A stretch of DNA of 64,000 bases from Bugula neritina (taxonomy: Eukaryota; Animalia; Bryozoa), in assembly GCA_964035545.1 (NCBI GenBank), contig OZ037766.1:11584722-11648721 (forward strand), written 5' to 3'. Position numbers and translations under genes: made by a program. Positions 46,901 to 61,700 of the stretch are shown piece after piece. Under the pieces are notes generated by a model. The model was not told where the DNA came from. It made no database searches and saw nothing but the letters and a program-made list of their open reading frames with translations. Each line of letters starts with the position of its first letter. Position 1 is the stretch's first letter.

Positions 46901-49033
46901 TACAATGGACTTCAATATCCTACATAGTACATACCCCAGAGCTGGAGACGGGTGGGGAGATTGTGGTTGATGGTGATGATGCATATGGTGTGCAGGTTGC
47001 TGCTGTTGTAACAGAATGGGTTGATGTACACCATGAGAGCTGTGCTTGATTCCATCATTAGATAAATGCAACTCTTGACCATTTAACAGTGCATCTAACA
47101 TTTCTGTAGGATAAAGGCTGAATGAACATGTATACAGCAGGTAAAAAGGCTTAATGAACATGTATACAGCAGGTAAAAAGGCTGAATAAAAATGTAAAGT
47201 AAATAAAAATGAATAAACTGATAAATTAATTAAAACTGAACACAAACCAGGATAATTCATTGCCCGCTTTATAGCCACAGGATCTTTCTTGTTCCACTTG
47301 TTAACTTCTTCATCCATTTTTTTTATTTTTGCAGGGTTTAGCGCCCACAGACAGCCTTTCCTTGAATTGGTACCATCAGCATTTGGGTTCTCAATCTTCT
47401 CAAAGCATTTGTTCAGGGACAGGTTGTGCCGTACAGAGTTCTGAAAAGGCATCAAAGTTTTAGGAAACAAAAAGACAACATGTAACACAGAGATGGCGTA
47501 GCTTGGTTAAGCGACGCTATCCAATATCAGTAGGTCTAATGCTTGACCATCATCTATGCTAGAAAATACCAGCAGTGGTGTCAAAAATACATTTTCTTCA
47601 ATGCTGCATCATTAATAATTATTAGCTGAAGGTGACATCATTTTTGCTGACTGTGTACATTGATGTTATAAATCCTGTAACAACAACTATTAAGGTCAAG
47701 AATTTCTAATATACGTAATAATATCTGGTTCTTCTGAGTAAGACCATATTAAATAAAAATGGTGACAAGTAACTTTGGGTCTTTCGAAAAATGTCTGCAT
47801 TTGGCACTCATCAACTGATACAAGTAGATCTGAGCTCTAGGCAACTGAAAGATAGTCCAGCAAGAAATGATATTTCAGTAATTATTCTAGCTAGTAGTTA
47901 CTGATATGATAAATATCACAGGCAGCAACTACATCGTGTGCCGGCTTTATGCCATTCATTGCCCAAACACACAACACTGGGGCCTGCACTTGGGATTTGG
48001 CATTAGGCAAAGTCTCTTAATAGTATATTATATAGATATTTGAAAGACTTGTTTACTATCTCAATGCGGTTTTATTATCAGATACTAGCTGATGAATCCC
48101 AGGAAAGAGCCTAAAATTATCAGCCCTTTTATAACAGAGAAGTCAACAAGTTAAGTTAAATAAACAACATGGCCGAGTTGGGCCTTTTTAGTCATTAATA
48201 AGTCCTGATACAATTTAACATACCTTCCATCCATCTGGGGCTGTTTTGAAGTATGGGAAATGCCTTATCATGAAGTTGTATATTTCCGCAACTGGAAGAC
48301 TGCCATGTTTGCTGTTTTTCAAAGCCATGGCGATGAGGCAGCTGTAGGAGTAGGGGGGTTTAGGGAAGGGATTATCAGCCACAGTAGACGAGGGAAGGGA
48401 GTTTGGAGAGAGCATATAATTGCTATCACTCCTCGGTCTGTAGGGATAATTTAGGGTGTCAGTTATAGATGGTTGCTGACATGTGGTCATGGCTGCCTTG
48501 GTTGTGGTAACATAGACTTGTTGAGTGGGGCTTTCCATTGACACGTAGTTGATGCTGCCACCCGTTATCTGCACATTGTTTGGAAGAGTCAGCAGTTTTG
48601 AGGAGAGAATTTGATCGTGGACGGATTGAGGTGCATCTGTAGGGGGACTGGAAGAAATGACATTTTTACTACACGTGTCAGTGAACTGCTGGGAGAGATA
48701 CCAGGAAGTATCGGAAGTGCACGAGTCGACTTTGTTAAGTTCTGACTTGATTGGCATTGCCATGAAAGAGTTGGATAGCTTGCAGTCCTGCTGTACATGA
48801 GCAGTATTGGTACTAAAGTTAATAGGTGTGTTATTCACCATATCCGAGGAGCTGTAGTGGTGGGGAGGAGAATGCACGGAGGACTGTTTGATCATGTTGT
48901 TAGGCGAATAGTCGTTAGAGTACATGTCCACCTCAACAACGTCTTGCAGTGGTGGATAGTAGTTGACATTGCATGCAGTTTGATAGTAATCCATTTTAGG
49001 GGTGTAACTACTGAAATGCGCATCAACTAACAT
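40903..49033 (-). CDS. FOXN4: Forkhead box N1/4 transcription factor, 6 coding exons, about 511 aa
   Basis: Exons (minus): 49033-48224, 47440-47248, 47103-46935, 45626-45452, 41196-41082, 40976-40903. Forkhead [19 protein letters not shown]...[40 protein letters not shown]...[19 protein letters not shown] is diagnostic of the FoxN1/4 class (co-ortholog of FOXN1 and FOXN4). The N-terminus could extend, as an acceptor lies at 49055-49056. Confidence 0.93.
43365..43480. repeat. Degenerate tandem repeat ATTACTCTACCATATTATAT
   Basis: Four to five recurrences inside a FoxN intron. Confidence 0.75.
47113..47187. repeat. 32-bp tandem duplication (about 2.4 copies) in a FoxN intron
   Basis: AAAGGCT(G/T)AATGAACATGTATACAGCAGGTAA at 47113 and 47145. 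Confidence 0.9.
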
Positions 49034-50951
49034 TGGAGTTATGGTCCTGTATCCCTGTTAATATATAACTGATAATACATTCTAGTATTAAAAGTTAGGA
49101 TTAATGCAATGTTGCATTATATCACATATTTGTATAATTTTCAAGCGCAACAATAATTACTATCCAACATATATCAATAATTATATATGTTAACATTATC
49201 ATTCAACACCTTGCAAAACACAGTTACATGAATTCTAAATAATATATTATCCTATAAGCAATTAGAGTAAGAAAATATGTACAAAGGTATGTGTATACAG
49301 TCAGTATATGGTACAGAGTATACTCTCTATATGATTGATAGAAAGAAAGAAGGCAGAGGGCAGGTGCATCTTTAAGTGTCACTGAGAGATAATAAGTTAA
49401 GGTGAAAGAGAGCTGCCTTTGTCTCCTTATATCTTCATCATAACTCATACATACAATCACTGCTTCCTTAGTTGAACAGTTCTATAAACCTCAACAGCTA
49501 ATCTACTACTTATAAGTTCAGAGGCCAAATATATATTCCCCACATCACTTTATGTACTTAAAATGTCAAATGCTTCTATCAATTAAATTATATAAAACAT
49601 AACAAATGCCAGATACAATTATTCATACTCCAAGTTTTAATTGAGGTACAAAATTGCAATATAAACAAATTATTGCCTAAATTAGTATTTTGGAAGGAAA
49701 ATAGCTGTCAGCAATATAATGGAAGGTTTTTGAAAACTACTTTTTATTATGAGAAGCAGGTCTTACAAGTTACATATAATGTCCAATAAATTTTAATTCC
49801 TCCATTAAATGTTAATATTTTCTTTCTGCTTTAGGTAAAAAACCACCCTTTGCCAAAAATTACGAACCCTGTTCTTTAATATTAACTACACAAAATTATG
49901 GAATACATAAACAACATAATCTGTTACAGCTCAACTCTGAATAAAGTTGCAAATAATTATTATTTATAGCAGAAGCTCTAAGGTAACCTTAAAGTTAGTG
50001 AGAGTAAATTATTATACATTCACGCTGTATGGTATTTCATATACTTACTGATTGTTAGTGTAAAGCTGAAATTGAAGTGTCATGCAGATTGTTAGCACCA
50101 TAATAAAAGTGGGAAGGTGGATAGAAAGCTTATATTCATTCATTCATTCATTCATGCCTGACAACTTTTTACGTCATGACACAGTCTGTGTGTCAGATGA
50201 ATGGTGCAACAACCTATGTTGTGAAAGGCACAATATTATTGGCCTAAATGCATCACGTGACCTGCACTAATCAATATACTAGAGAAATCAATAACCGTGA
50301 CTTGACAAGTACGATTCCATACCAAAAGCTTGAAGAGCCAAGCTGACCAATAGACTGCCTGAATATGATTAAGCGTTATGGTTATAGGCTACAGGTGAAT
50401 AGTAATTCGTTTGGGCAAATTCTTGGAACCAATTAGAAAATAGGTATGGAGTTATCCTCTTAATTAAATATTTCTTGCATAATAATTTAGGATATAGACT
50501 TGTAATTTTTGCCCCTCATAACCAATAGCTTTCACTCATATTTATAAAAAATCACATGTAGAATCTCACCAACAAGTACTTTGAGGTGCATACTTGGTTT
50601 GCATTGTGTCTCTATTATTTCCAGCCCCTGGTTTGTGTGAATTTGTTAATTTATTCAATTAATTAGAGCATAAAAATAAGGGCATTTGTCTTTCTATACA
50701 TACACAGTACATACTTGGATACCCATAATGAAATGTTTCTTACAAAATAGAAGATACTATTTTATAAAGGAGGGGGTATATGATTGAGTCAACAGGCTAA
50801 GTAAACTGACTGAGCAGCTTACAGGTTTCAACTTAGCCAGGATTTCCAGCTTCCAGAATAATATAAAAATATTTTTCTCATATTATACCACTACGACATA
50901 ATATATTACACTACACTTTTACACTGCAATGGCTAGTTGATCACTTTAGAC

Positions 50952-51284
50952 CAGGGGTGTCCAACTTTTTTGGAGCGAGGGCCTCTGAAAGGGAATATTC
51001 TGGAGGTGGGGGCAATATTGTAAAGTTTAGCTTGGGCTGGGGGCACATACTATCAATTTTTTTAAAGTAATTTATTTCAAATTCTTATAAATCATTACAC
51101 AATAAAATTCCAATAATTATTGCAGGCTGCATGTTTAAGTTATCATATATTAAAATAAGACATGATTTTCCCACTGTAATTCTTATACATGTGCAAAATA
51201 ATTTTATCTGTTTGCCTTTGAGGGCCACATTAATGTAGGCTGCCCCCCCCTCCACTGGCCCTCGGGTCGCCCGTTGGACACATA
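50952..51284. mobile_element. hAT (Charlie-like) MITE, eroded right end
   Basis: Begins CAGGGGTGTCCAAC and ends GTTGGACACATA. Candidate 8-bp TSD CTTTAGAC (50944-50951) / CTCTAGAC (51285-51292), close to the NTCTAGAN preference of Charlie elements. Confidence 0.65.
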
Positions 51285-54200
51285 CTCTAGACATATTCAA
51301 CACAAGCTCCACCATTATAACATTCATATTTCTCGACCAAATCAATATTGAACTGGTGGTGCTTTTATTAGGAAATTCAAATTTATAATTAATCAACATT
51401 TGATTTTTACCTAAAACGTTTTATTAGGTTCCCACTGAGCTCGACATGCTAGTTAAAATATAATAGAAATAAAATAATCCAACTTTTAATATTTTAAAAA
51501 TTTTAAAAAACTCTATAATTTAATTATTTTTTATTATAAAGGCATTTGCCAAATATTACACTAGGAACTTGTAAGGTTCTGACTTTAATATAATAGTTCA
51601 CCAGAATATTAAATTCATGGGACATGGGGGTATAGGCAGAGCGAGGTATTTAATGAAAACAAATGATGCAAGAACTTATACCATTCTAAGTTTATAAATA
51701 TGTGTATATAATGTAAGTATGAGAAGCATTGTTGGTGCTTTGTAAAACTTAAGTTCCGGGGTCCACTTTTTACGCGATGAAAATGTTTGCACCACACCAA
51801 AACACCTTTTCAAGAAAACTTGTTTATGGAAAATTTAACAGAAGTTTTTGAAACATGATCACGATAATGAAAATGACTTCTGGTGACTCATGCCACTCAA
51901 ATTTTCCCTTTTAAAATCTTATAGTGAGATATAGCAGCTTTAAAATGTAGTGATTCTGGAGAAGTAGATTTTATTTTCTTATAAACAATTAAACTTTAAA
52001 GTTCTATTACAGTAACATGCCAATGTCTTGGTTTTATTTAAAACTTCATTATGAAAAAGAAATAACAAACAGCTGAATAATGGTGATACAAAACTGCGAT
52101 CAAAATAAGATCTAACATTTTTTAAATCCAAACTGGAAGATTTTGGACAGTTCTATTCCACTTCTTGCTGGTAGAAGAAAATACTTTTGGTAATTGTAAA
52201 AGTTTTTCAAATTAAGACTGTTGGCTTTTTAAAAGATCTATGAATACCTCCAAATATGTTGAGACAAACTAAATAGTTAATATAATTTTTTCGAGAATAA
52301 AGCAAGCTACTAATACTTTGATAGCATAATGTAACCCTAATAAATATTTCAATATTATCCTACTGAGCCCACATAAGATCGCCTTAAACCGAGTGACCCT
52401 ACAAATCAGTTGTAAGCTTTTGCAGCAACATATTATTTTAATATTGTTCAAAAAGCCTTTCTTTCTACTTTCTTTAGAGCTATCTTGCTTAATTTAGTAG
52501 TCGGGCTGGGACTCAGAGTTTTAAGTAACAATTCATTGCTGTTTAATAAGCTTGAATTAGATTTATACAGACTATAATATGATTTATAGAATGGCAGGTA
52601 AATTCATGACCTACCTAGAAGCCTGATCTATGTGGGTCATTTTACTTTATTTAGTGCACACTGGATTTTGGCATTTCTATCGATGTTATAGGAATATAGC
52701 TGCTAATCTATATGTTTTTGGTTGTCTAATTTGTCAACAAATAAAATTTTTCATTCAATTAGTTTCTTAAATTTGCTACATTTTTCACACTTGGTTAAAT
52801 TTTTAGTCCAAAAACACAAGTTGTAGAAATGATTTTTGCATCTAGGTTAGCTGGTGTATTTAATTCTCAAAAAAACAAAAGACCATATAATTTCCTAAAA
52901 TTTATTTTATATTCCACAAAGTGAAAATATTTATCTTTTAAACTAGATACAAAATGTACTGATGTTTTTATTTCGTAGCCATAATTTAAACAACTTTCAA
53001 GGTCCGCAGGATTATCGTCAGCAGAATTTTCATCAACAAAATAGGTAATTAAATGCTCTTTGTTGTGACAGGATTCCCTCTTTCTTACCTGTACATATTT
53101 TGTAATCAGCATAAAAATACCACAGCTTGTCATATTTTGATGACTTGTAATGATTGGCCCAAAATTGCTGCTGTGCACTAAATAAAATACAAGGACCCAT
53201 TTCATATTTTAATTTAAGTCAAATGCTATTGAAATAGCAAAATATATATTTAAGACAAACTAAGGTTTTTTGTTGAAATTGTCATTTTTCAGATTATTGT
53301 TACTGCTATGTTTAGCGAAAGATTGTAAAATAAAATCAAAATAATTACTAAAATGAATTTTTTCATAGTACATTAATATAATTTTTCAACAGTATACTAG
53401 TAGGTATAAACTAATCATTATTCATATCAGAAAAAAAATCACAGTGTGAAATGACTAAATAACATTTATTCAAACAGATAACTGTCTTTTAAATTGAAAA
53501 ATACAATTAATTTCACTTTGAAGAAGCAATTACATACCAAAAACAATGGATGAACTCTAAAGAAAATAGGCGTCAACAATCAGTTAGACAACATTCAAAC
53601 CAAATACCGCTCAAACTGTGGAAGTTATAAAATTTATTGAAAAAATTCCCAAAATTATTTTCAATCACTTAAGCAGCACCAAACTTTGAATTTTCAAGCT
53701 AGCATATAACTGATATTTTTAAATAGAAAAAAATATAAACTTCTGTTTGTAATTTTGTATAAAATAACTAAAAGGGCTGTAAAAAAGACACTTTTAACCA
53801 ATGTTTATCCAACATCAACTGTAAGTAAAATGGTCATGTAGTTCAATACTATTTTAAACAACTCAGTGGTCAGATAAAACTCAGTGTTCCTAAAATAAAA
53901 ACCGAGCAAGATATCACTGACTTTGAAATCGTCCAGGAATGTGCCTTGCTGGATTAGAAAAATCCTATGAAGATTCATGAAAGGAGATTTTCTTCAATAT
54001 AAGACTTCATGGCCAGCCTAAAATCGGACACCAAACCAATTCATCCAAAGCAAAGTTATACAAATTCTAAAGCATTTACACATTTTAACATATTGAGTGC
54101 AGTGACCGATTGAAATGTTTCATTCCACTTAGACGCTATTTTTTATTTTGGTACAATATATATATATATATAGTAATATACCTATATATAACTGTTGTAA

Positions 54201-55765
54201 GGATTGCTCAACATGAAATAATAGTTAATATGAATTATCTGGAATAATATTTTAATTCTTACGAATTTGTGTGGAACAAAAACAACAGTAATACATTATT
54301 AATAGACATCTTTAATAAATACTTGTTAATGAAATATTTTTTCAAACAAAAAGAAGTATAGAAATTCTAATTTAATAAGTTAATGCAGAATAAAGAAATT
54401 CATTTCAAGATTAAATAACAAACAATTGATCCAAATTTATTTAAATATACATATATTTCAATAATATTAAAATAAATTTCACATAAAATTTACATATTGC
54501 ACCAAAATAAAAAATATTGTCTAACTGGAAAGCGTCTATCTGGAATAATGCCAATTAAAAAGAAAAGAGTAGAAAAAATTTCTTTTGCTGAATTTTCATT
54601 TACAAACGTTAGAATAACTTCATACGGTGTATTAGTTTTAGTTATGTGGTTAGCCTATAATAATAATAATAATTATAGCAACAACTAAAGTTTTTTTTAT
54701 CCATCACAAGCTTGAAGTAATATATTATTTGATGCACTCCAAATCCAACCTCATACTCCATTTAGTGAGAAATGGGCAATAGCAAAGCTGGTAAACTAAA
54801 TAAAGCTAACTGGCCTTACAAAAAACTATCTAGTTTTAAGATAACTGCAGCAAGCTTGACTAAAAGATGCAATTCAGCAAAACACCTGGATTATAGCTTA
54901 TTTACACAAACTCAAATTCTACAGCAATACGGTGATTACACTTTTTTAAATAAATAATTAAATGATTTAAAAAATATAGTGATTGTTATTATTCCCAATA
55001 GTTTTTAATCTAGTTATATACTTGCACTTTAATAATTTACTAACTGGATCATTGGTAAAATGCTAATTCATAATGATCAAAAATATAAGTTCAGTAGGTA
55101 ACCATTAAACTGCAACATCTTTGCCCTCCTTCTTTAATGGCATACTTGTATATTTGTTTAAATTTTCCTTTTTTAAGAGTACTATGCTAATTCAAAACAA
55201 AAATATAACTATTATGACTAAAAGTTATAGGCATGTTAAAGTGACATTATTATTTCCTTTGAAACTGAAAAATAGCATGGTGATGTAGTTAATCGTAATA
55301 ATAACTGTAGCATTAGAAAATAATGTGATTTCTGAACATATTTTATTAGCAACACCTCATCAACGCACCAAATAAGTTAGGTTAAATGAACTTAGCTTTA
55401 AAACGAGTAACAATTCAGTTTTCTAGCTAATATAAATCCTGCATGTAATTTAAAACCTGTGATTTCAAATATTAAGTTTATTAAGTACACATAAGCAAAT
55501 TATGACCAAAGTTTAAAACTTGCTCAAAGTTCATTAAAATTTACTATACGGGTAATTTTATGATTTTAACTAAGCAGAAGAGACTGGAAGGGGGTTCTGC
55601 AACCCTACAGTGCAATATCATTGTCATTTGAGCTAAATATATATATGTGTCATCGTGCTGGTTTTTTCATCACAGTCTGAACATACCAATTTACTAAAAA
55701 AATTAGAAGAAAAACATAGAAAATTAGAAAAAAAAGATTATTCAGCTGTATTTGATGATATTTCA

Positions 55766-58700
55766 TTAGTTTAGGGCGAGGAACCTATATACATTAGCAG
55801 CTAAATTGCTAGAATAGCTAAAAACTAGAGATATCAAGGCCTTACTAAATTAAGTAAAACGACCTATCTACCTTACCTGCTATGCTCTCTTGAAAATACT
55901 GCTCCAGGCAAAAGCTTAGGCTTCGGCTGTAACAAAAATAACATATTTTGTGGCTCGCACAATTTAGTTTTAATGAGCAAGTCTAATGGTAAAAAAAAAT
56001 TAAATAAAACTGCCAGTTTAGCTTTAGAGATGCTTCAAAATGTAATATCTAGTTACAAATTCAAGTGAAAATAAAAAAATTATAGAATAAACTAATGACT
56101 CTCACCATATCTTCCAACAAACGCTGGCAGCTGTAGCAGCAACTATCGTCATAACTATTGAGATCGCAACTCCTGTAAGATTAACATATATTTACAGAGC
56201 AACCATACTTGCCACAAAAAATAAAAAAATAAAATCACTTGGTGATCCATGCTTCTTTTGGACAAAGCAGGCCCTGCCATATAATCATGTGCTCAAATTC
56301 AGTCAGATATTTTATCAATAAAATTAGTTTAAATAACTCAATGGAAGACGACTCCTGTCACAAACAAAAAATTACTTTTTCAATTTCAAAAACTAGTTGA
56401 AGACAAGTGTGCACACAAAATTCATTTTAAAAAATATGTTTCAGTGAACCACTGCGAATGACATAAAGCTTGCCTAAACTTAGGAGGAATATTTTTATAG
56501 TTGGGACATTCCAGGACTTTCCCATTGTTCTGTATTGGATAAAGATCAATATGTAGCTACAAATATCATTAAAATTCCTAAGTAAAAAGCTAAAAGAATT
56601 TTCATTCAGTTTAAAAGCAAATATACTTGTTAATGAAAAGACAGCACATTACCCAATGCACATTATAATTCCAAATTACGAAAACATAGATGCATTAGTT
56701 AAATGACTGAAAATGACTAAAATAAAATGTGACTAGCACCTAGTACCAACAGTTCACTACCTGATCCTACTACACAACAGAGGAACTAAGAGATTCAATA
56801 TAAAGGTGCTGTACCGCTCTAATGAAGTAGAAATTTCACCAGCTGAACTAGCAGAGCTGTCAGACTTCCTGGAAGCTGCCAGCTGGTTTGTGTATCTCAC
56901 GGATTCTAAAGCAGATGATTCTGCAACTGATATGTCTAAGGGAGCCTAAAATTAGAGGATGGCTGATGAGCATCTTTACAAGAAACTAATGGTAGTACAA
57001 CTTATAATACAGTCTAGGTGTTGAAAAAATATATTTCATGAATAGCAACAATTATATAGCTATGCTAAATTTATTAGATACAATGATATAGATAAATTAA
57101 ATTATAGAACAATGCAAGGCTAGAAGTCATGGAAAGCGGAGTACACCAATTGGTCAAAAAGGAAAAAACAATTAAAAAAGTCAACTATAAAATATATTCA
57201 TAGCTGTGACTATCAATTTACTAAAATGGCAGTGAGAGCATCAAACATTTAATAAAGTTTTTAATAAAGAAATAAGATGAGGAGCAGACAGCATAGAAAT
57301 TGAGATGCTAATCGTACCAAACATAACATGCAAGGAGATGTAGTATTTCCATCTGCATCTGGCATAGAGACTTTACTGTTGCTTAATTTATCACCAGTTC
57401 TACAATATAACAATATTTGCAACAGAAATCTTTCAAGTTTAGGATGATGAAGCCTTAAAAGCTGCTTGGAAAATCCATAAAAGTACGAAAATTACACAAA
57501 GTAATAAGTAATACCACCGGCTTTTTGGAGAATTAGGACTTCAGGAATGTACCAGCTTTTAATATTTGGTATGTGGCTTGTCCTTGTTAACCCTACCACC
57601 CAGCTCTCATGAATAATGTACCGCGTAGAGGTGAAAAACGAAATGTTAAGGCAATTTCTTTTTGTTGATATGCAGTAGCACACTGATTATCATGATTATG
57701 ATTAACATAAGACTGTAACCCATCAAAATTATGAAAATTATTTTCTGACATGATTTCATGAATTTTCACACAAGTAACATCCCAACAACTGACTACACTC
57801 TTCTCCCAAAGTCATAGAAAAACGTTATTTACCAGGTAAAGAAATTTTAAAATAATAAAAACTCTCTCCTAAACATAGCTAAAAATGAATTTGAAGAACA
57901 AATTATTTCATTTTTGATTTTTGTAATTAGTGAAAGCTAAATCTTCTAGGTAGATTTGATTTAAACAATACCTTTTCATCTTCTGCTGCTATGAGAATTC
58001 GTAAATTAACATAATAAAATTAAGTAAATCTACATAGAGAAAAAATCTTAAAATTTATAGGACGAAAATTTCCAACAAGATATCATAAAATTTACAGACT
58101 TTGAAAACATCTCTCTGCACTACGAAAGTTTTGGAATCATACAGTGCTTGGCTTGATCCCCAACAAAATTTCTATTATCAGACTTTTGAGTCCTAATGTT
58201 GTAAAATGGTGGGACATTTGGCAGTTAGTCTCCATGTATCAGGGTCTTAAGATTAATAAAAACTGTGAAAATCTTATGAAAAGTAGAAATTGCGTTTATC
58301 ACTGGCAAATTAACTAGTTAATCAATTTGAAATTATTTTTTTCAAGAGAAGAATTAACAATTTTTCATTAGAAGTGTGGACATGCATGGAAAAAGAAAAA
58401 AAACAATTTTGTCAGTGAATTATTTGCATGAAAGTTATTTTGTCTGTCTCAAAATTTGAAGAGTTTTAACATGAAGCTGAATTTAAGCAGGTAGAAATAT
58501 TTCTACTAGGTCAAGTAGAGTTCAGATGTGGCAAACCTCATGATAGTAGAGACGGTGGAGGGAAACTCAGCTTGTAAACCACTGACAAAGGTCTCTGTAA
58601 GCTTTTCTATACTGGCACCACTGGTAGCCTATAATTAGTACATATGATTACATTTCCATAAAATGACGTCAAATTAATTCAGTAGCTACTGTAATATTTT

Positions 58701-61700
58701 GCTAAAATTTTGGCTTTCAGCTACTTTTCAAGACTTAGCGTTTATTTCACTGTTATAAATCCATAGTTACTTGTTATTTGTTAAAACATATGACCTTAAT
58801 GTTGATGACTTTTTTAATGTCAGAGAAAAATTGAAACTATAAAGAGAATATGCTTCAACAACTAATTTCCTAATATAAATGACAATACAAAAATATATAA
58901 TTTTGCAAAGACACTATCTGCTGAAGTAATTAGAAAATAAAATGTTTGTAGATAAAATTGCCTTGAATTTTTAAAAAAAAAAATCAAAATTGATAATCAG
59001 GTTAAATTAATTGTAAATGTAACCATGTGGCTGTGATGTTTCATCCCACCTTTGTGGTGAATGTTGGAACTACAAGCGGATCCAAGCCATAGAACCTGTT
59101 GTACATAGTCACCTCCTTGCTTGTAAACTCTCTCATAGGTCTTATTAGCAGCAGCTGGTCATATCTGTCGTCTATCAAAGACTACAGTACAATCGACGCA
59201 AAGTGTGAGCTTGAGAAGGTTTATTTTATAATGCTGAATGGGTCCACAAATTTGCTTGCGCCTTACCTGATTAGATAAGTTTAAATAAACATTGCAGCAA
59301 AAATCTAAAAGTTGTCATCAGGCTGTCCAAATTTTGAAAGGTTGATGAATTGTGAATAGGGGAAATAAGTTTATCTTCTGGTTTTATATAGCTTACATTA
59401 TAGTTAATAAAGTTAGTTAAGACAGATAGAATATTTCACACAAAACCTCAAAAATGAAATATAAATAGGAAAATGTACATTAGCATTAATTCAGTTTATT
59501 AATTCCAACATAAATAAACATAAACCAACATTTTCAAAAGTTGATACACGGAGAAATTTTGTCACATTACTGGTTCTGTTTTTAAATCACTTGTTGAAAT
59601 GCATCACCTATTTTACCAAACATTAAAGTAATATAACAGCCCAGCTGTTCCATAATAAACTGATAAATGTATTTTAGAATAACTGGAAACAAAGGAGACA
59701 ACTTACAGTGTCATATGCTATATGTGCTCCTTTTCCTTGGGCCATACTAGAAAGCAGAGCCACAGAAAGTCTACTAGATGTATCACCAATTATGACCTTT
59801 GAATAACCTTGACTTTTAGCAACTTCAGAGATCAACTGCTGCCTGCATAATTTAAATACATAGGCAAGTATCAACGCAAGTCCAGAAGCTGTTGTTTATT
59901 ATATTAGAAGCGCATTTCCTTTAAAAGCACCCGATACAAAAATATTGCACAAGTGCTTTCATCACATACATACAAAGCAATGCAACACAATAGAAAGCTA
60001 TAAAGCTATATTCTCAAGAGGCATATTAATATGAACACATTTACTCTTGTTCAGAATGGCATTACAGTTTACTAGATAAAATGATAACACAACTCCTAAA
60101 ATTGATATATATCGAGATCAAATGTGAATGAACATTACAAAAAACTATTTTTCTGTTTCTATACCTTTAGATGTCCATGGCAAAACCCACCAAATGTGTT
60201 AGAAATACGCTGAGGTACATATAGTTTCTGTATAGGCTTCAGTAATATTCAGCTTAGGTCACTATCGATACTGAAATTTCAAGACTTCCGACCAGCAAAG
60301 CATCAATTAAGTTTACATATTGTTAGTGTGCCAGTATTGTAGTCAAGAAGAACAATTACACTACAAGTGTACATACCTTAAAATAATTTAAGACACATTG
60401 TCTCAACATGTGATCATAATCTGCATTTTACAACTTAGGAGTATATTGTGTAGCTGCATAGTGTAAGTATATATGCTGCTGCTGTAACCAGTTGTGATAC
60501 ACGCTGACAGATAATGCTGCCTACAGAAACGCTGCTCACCGCAGGGTCTTGAGAAACTGCTCCTTTGCAGTTATTGTCTGAACAGAATCAAACAGCTGCT
60601 GCAGTCTCTCTTGGCTAGTCTTAACTTCTGCATTGTTCTGTCCGAGAAAAGTGGTATCTGAAAATTCTTCCGAAAAAACCTAAAATTTGAAAAATATGAC
60701 CAACTTTTATTTGCAAGAGCCAAGAATACAACCTGACAAAATTAGAGAACTTACATTTAGTTCAAATTTTGTAGACAGTGTGCTATGTATTTGCAAAATT
60801 ATTTGTGTTAGCAATTTTTACTAAATCAAATGCATTCCAAGCAGTTCAGCAATAAGCTTAGCAAACAATTCTCTTTAGATGTTACAATCATCTATTACAC
60901 TGGCGTTAGAAAATCAGTCATGTTGTAAAACTCTCTGCTCAATCATTAGGTATTCTACTAGTACTAATATAACAATCAGTAGAATCTTCAGCTTTTTTAG
61001 ACGAAAACTACAGCACAATATTTTAGAATTATAAAACAAAATATAAAATAAACATTTTTCTAATATTTCTAATAGGTTTTACAAAAAATCATAAAATGTA
61101 CCTGCTATCTATTAGAAACAAGCCTTAATAACCTTGGAAAATAACATGACATTTAGAAAGAAATTGAAGATGGATTATTAGTGTTGATTGAAATAGACAG
61201 GTACAAAAAATTACCTGTTCCAACTTGATGATATGGTGCTCATATCCACTGTCCATGAACAGCTCACTTATTCTGTCAACAATTCTTTGTCTATCTTCAT
61301 TCGAATGGCCAAGTACTGCTCCTTCTATAATTTTTCAACAAACATAGTATCCCGCACCAAAACATATTCTATATATCATCAATCATTCAACAACTTTACA
61401 TTCACAGATATAATTATATAAAAAAGTAAATAAGGTTCTTTTCAAGCATGAAATTACATTAATTTGCTTTTGCCTGTTTTGCTTGCCTTCTGAAGTATTT
61501 GGTATCTTTAAAGTTGAATATATACACAAATACACAGAACCTAAAGATTAAAACAACATTGAAACATCAAATTCCTAAACAAAACATAAAATGCATAAGA
61601 AAAAATATTTCAAATGACTCGACGCCTAAACATTTTGAAAAACAACACCTTTGAATTTGTGCCTTATTCGTAGCCTGAATGACTTACTGCTATCAACAGC

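Noticed and set aside
52867-53205. 112-aa intergenic ORF
   Set aside because: No recognisable domain or exon partners. Likely chance or decayed repeat sequence.
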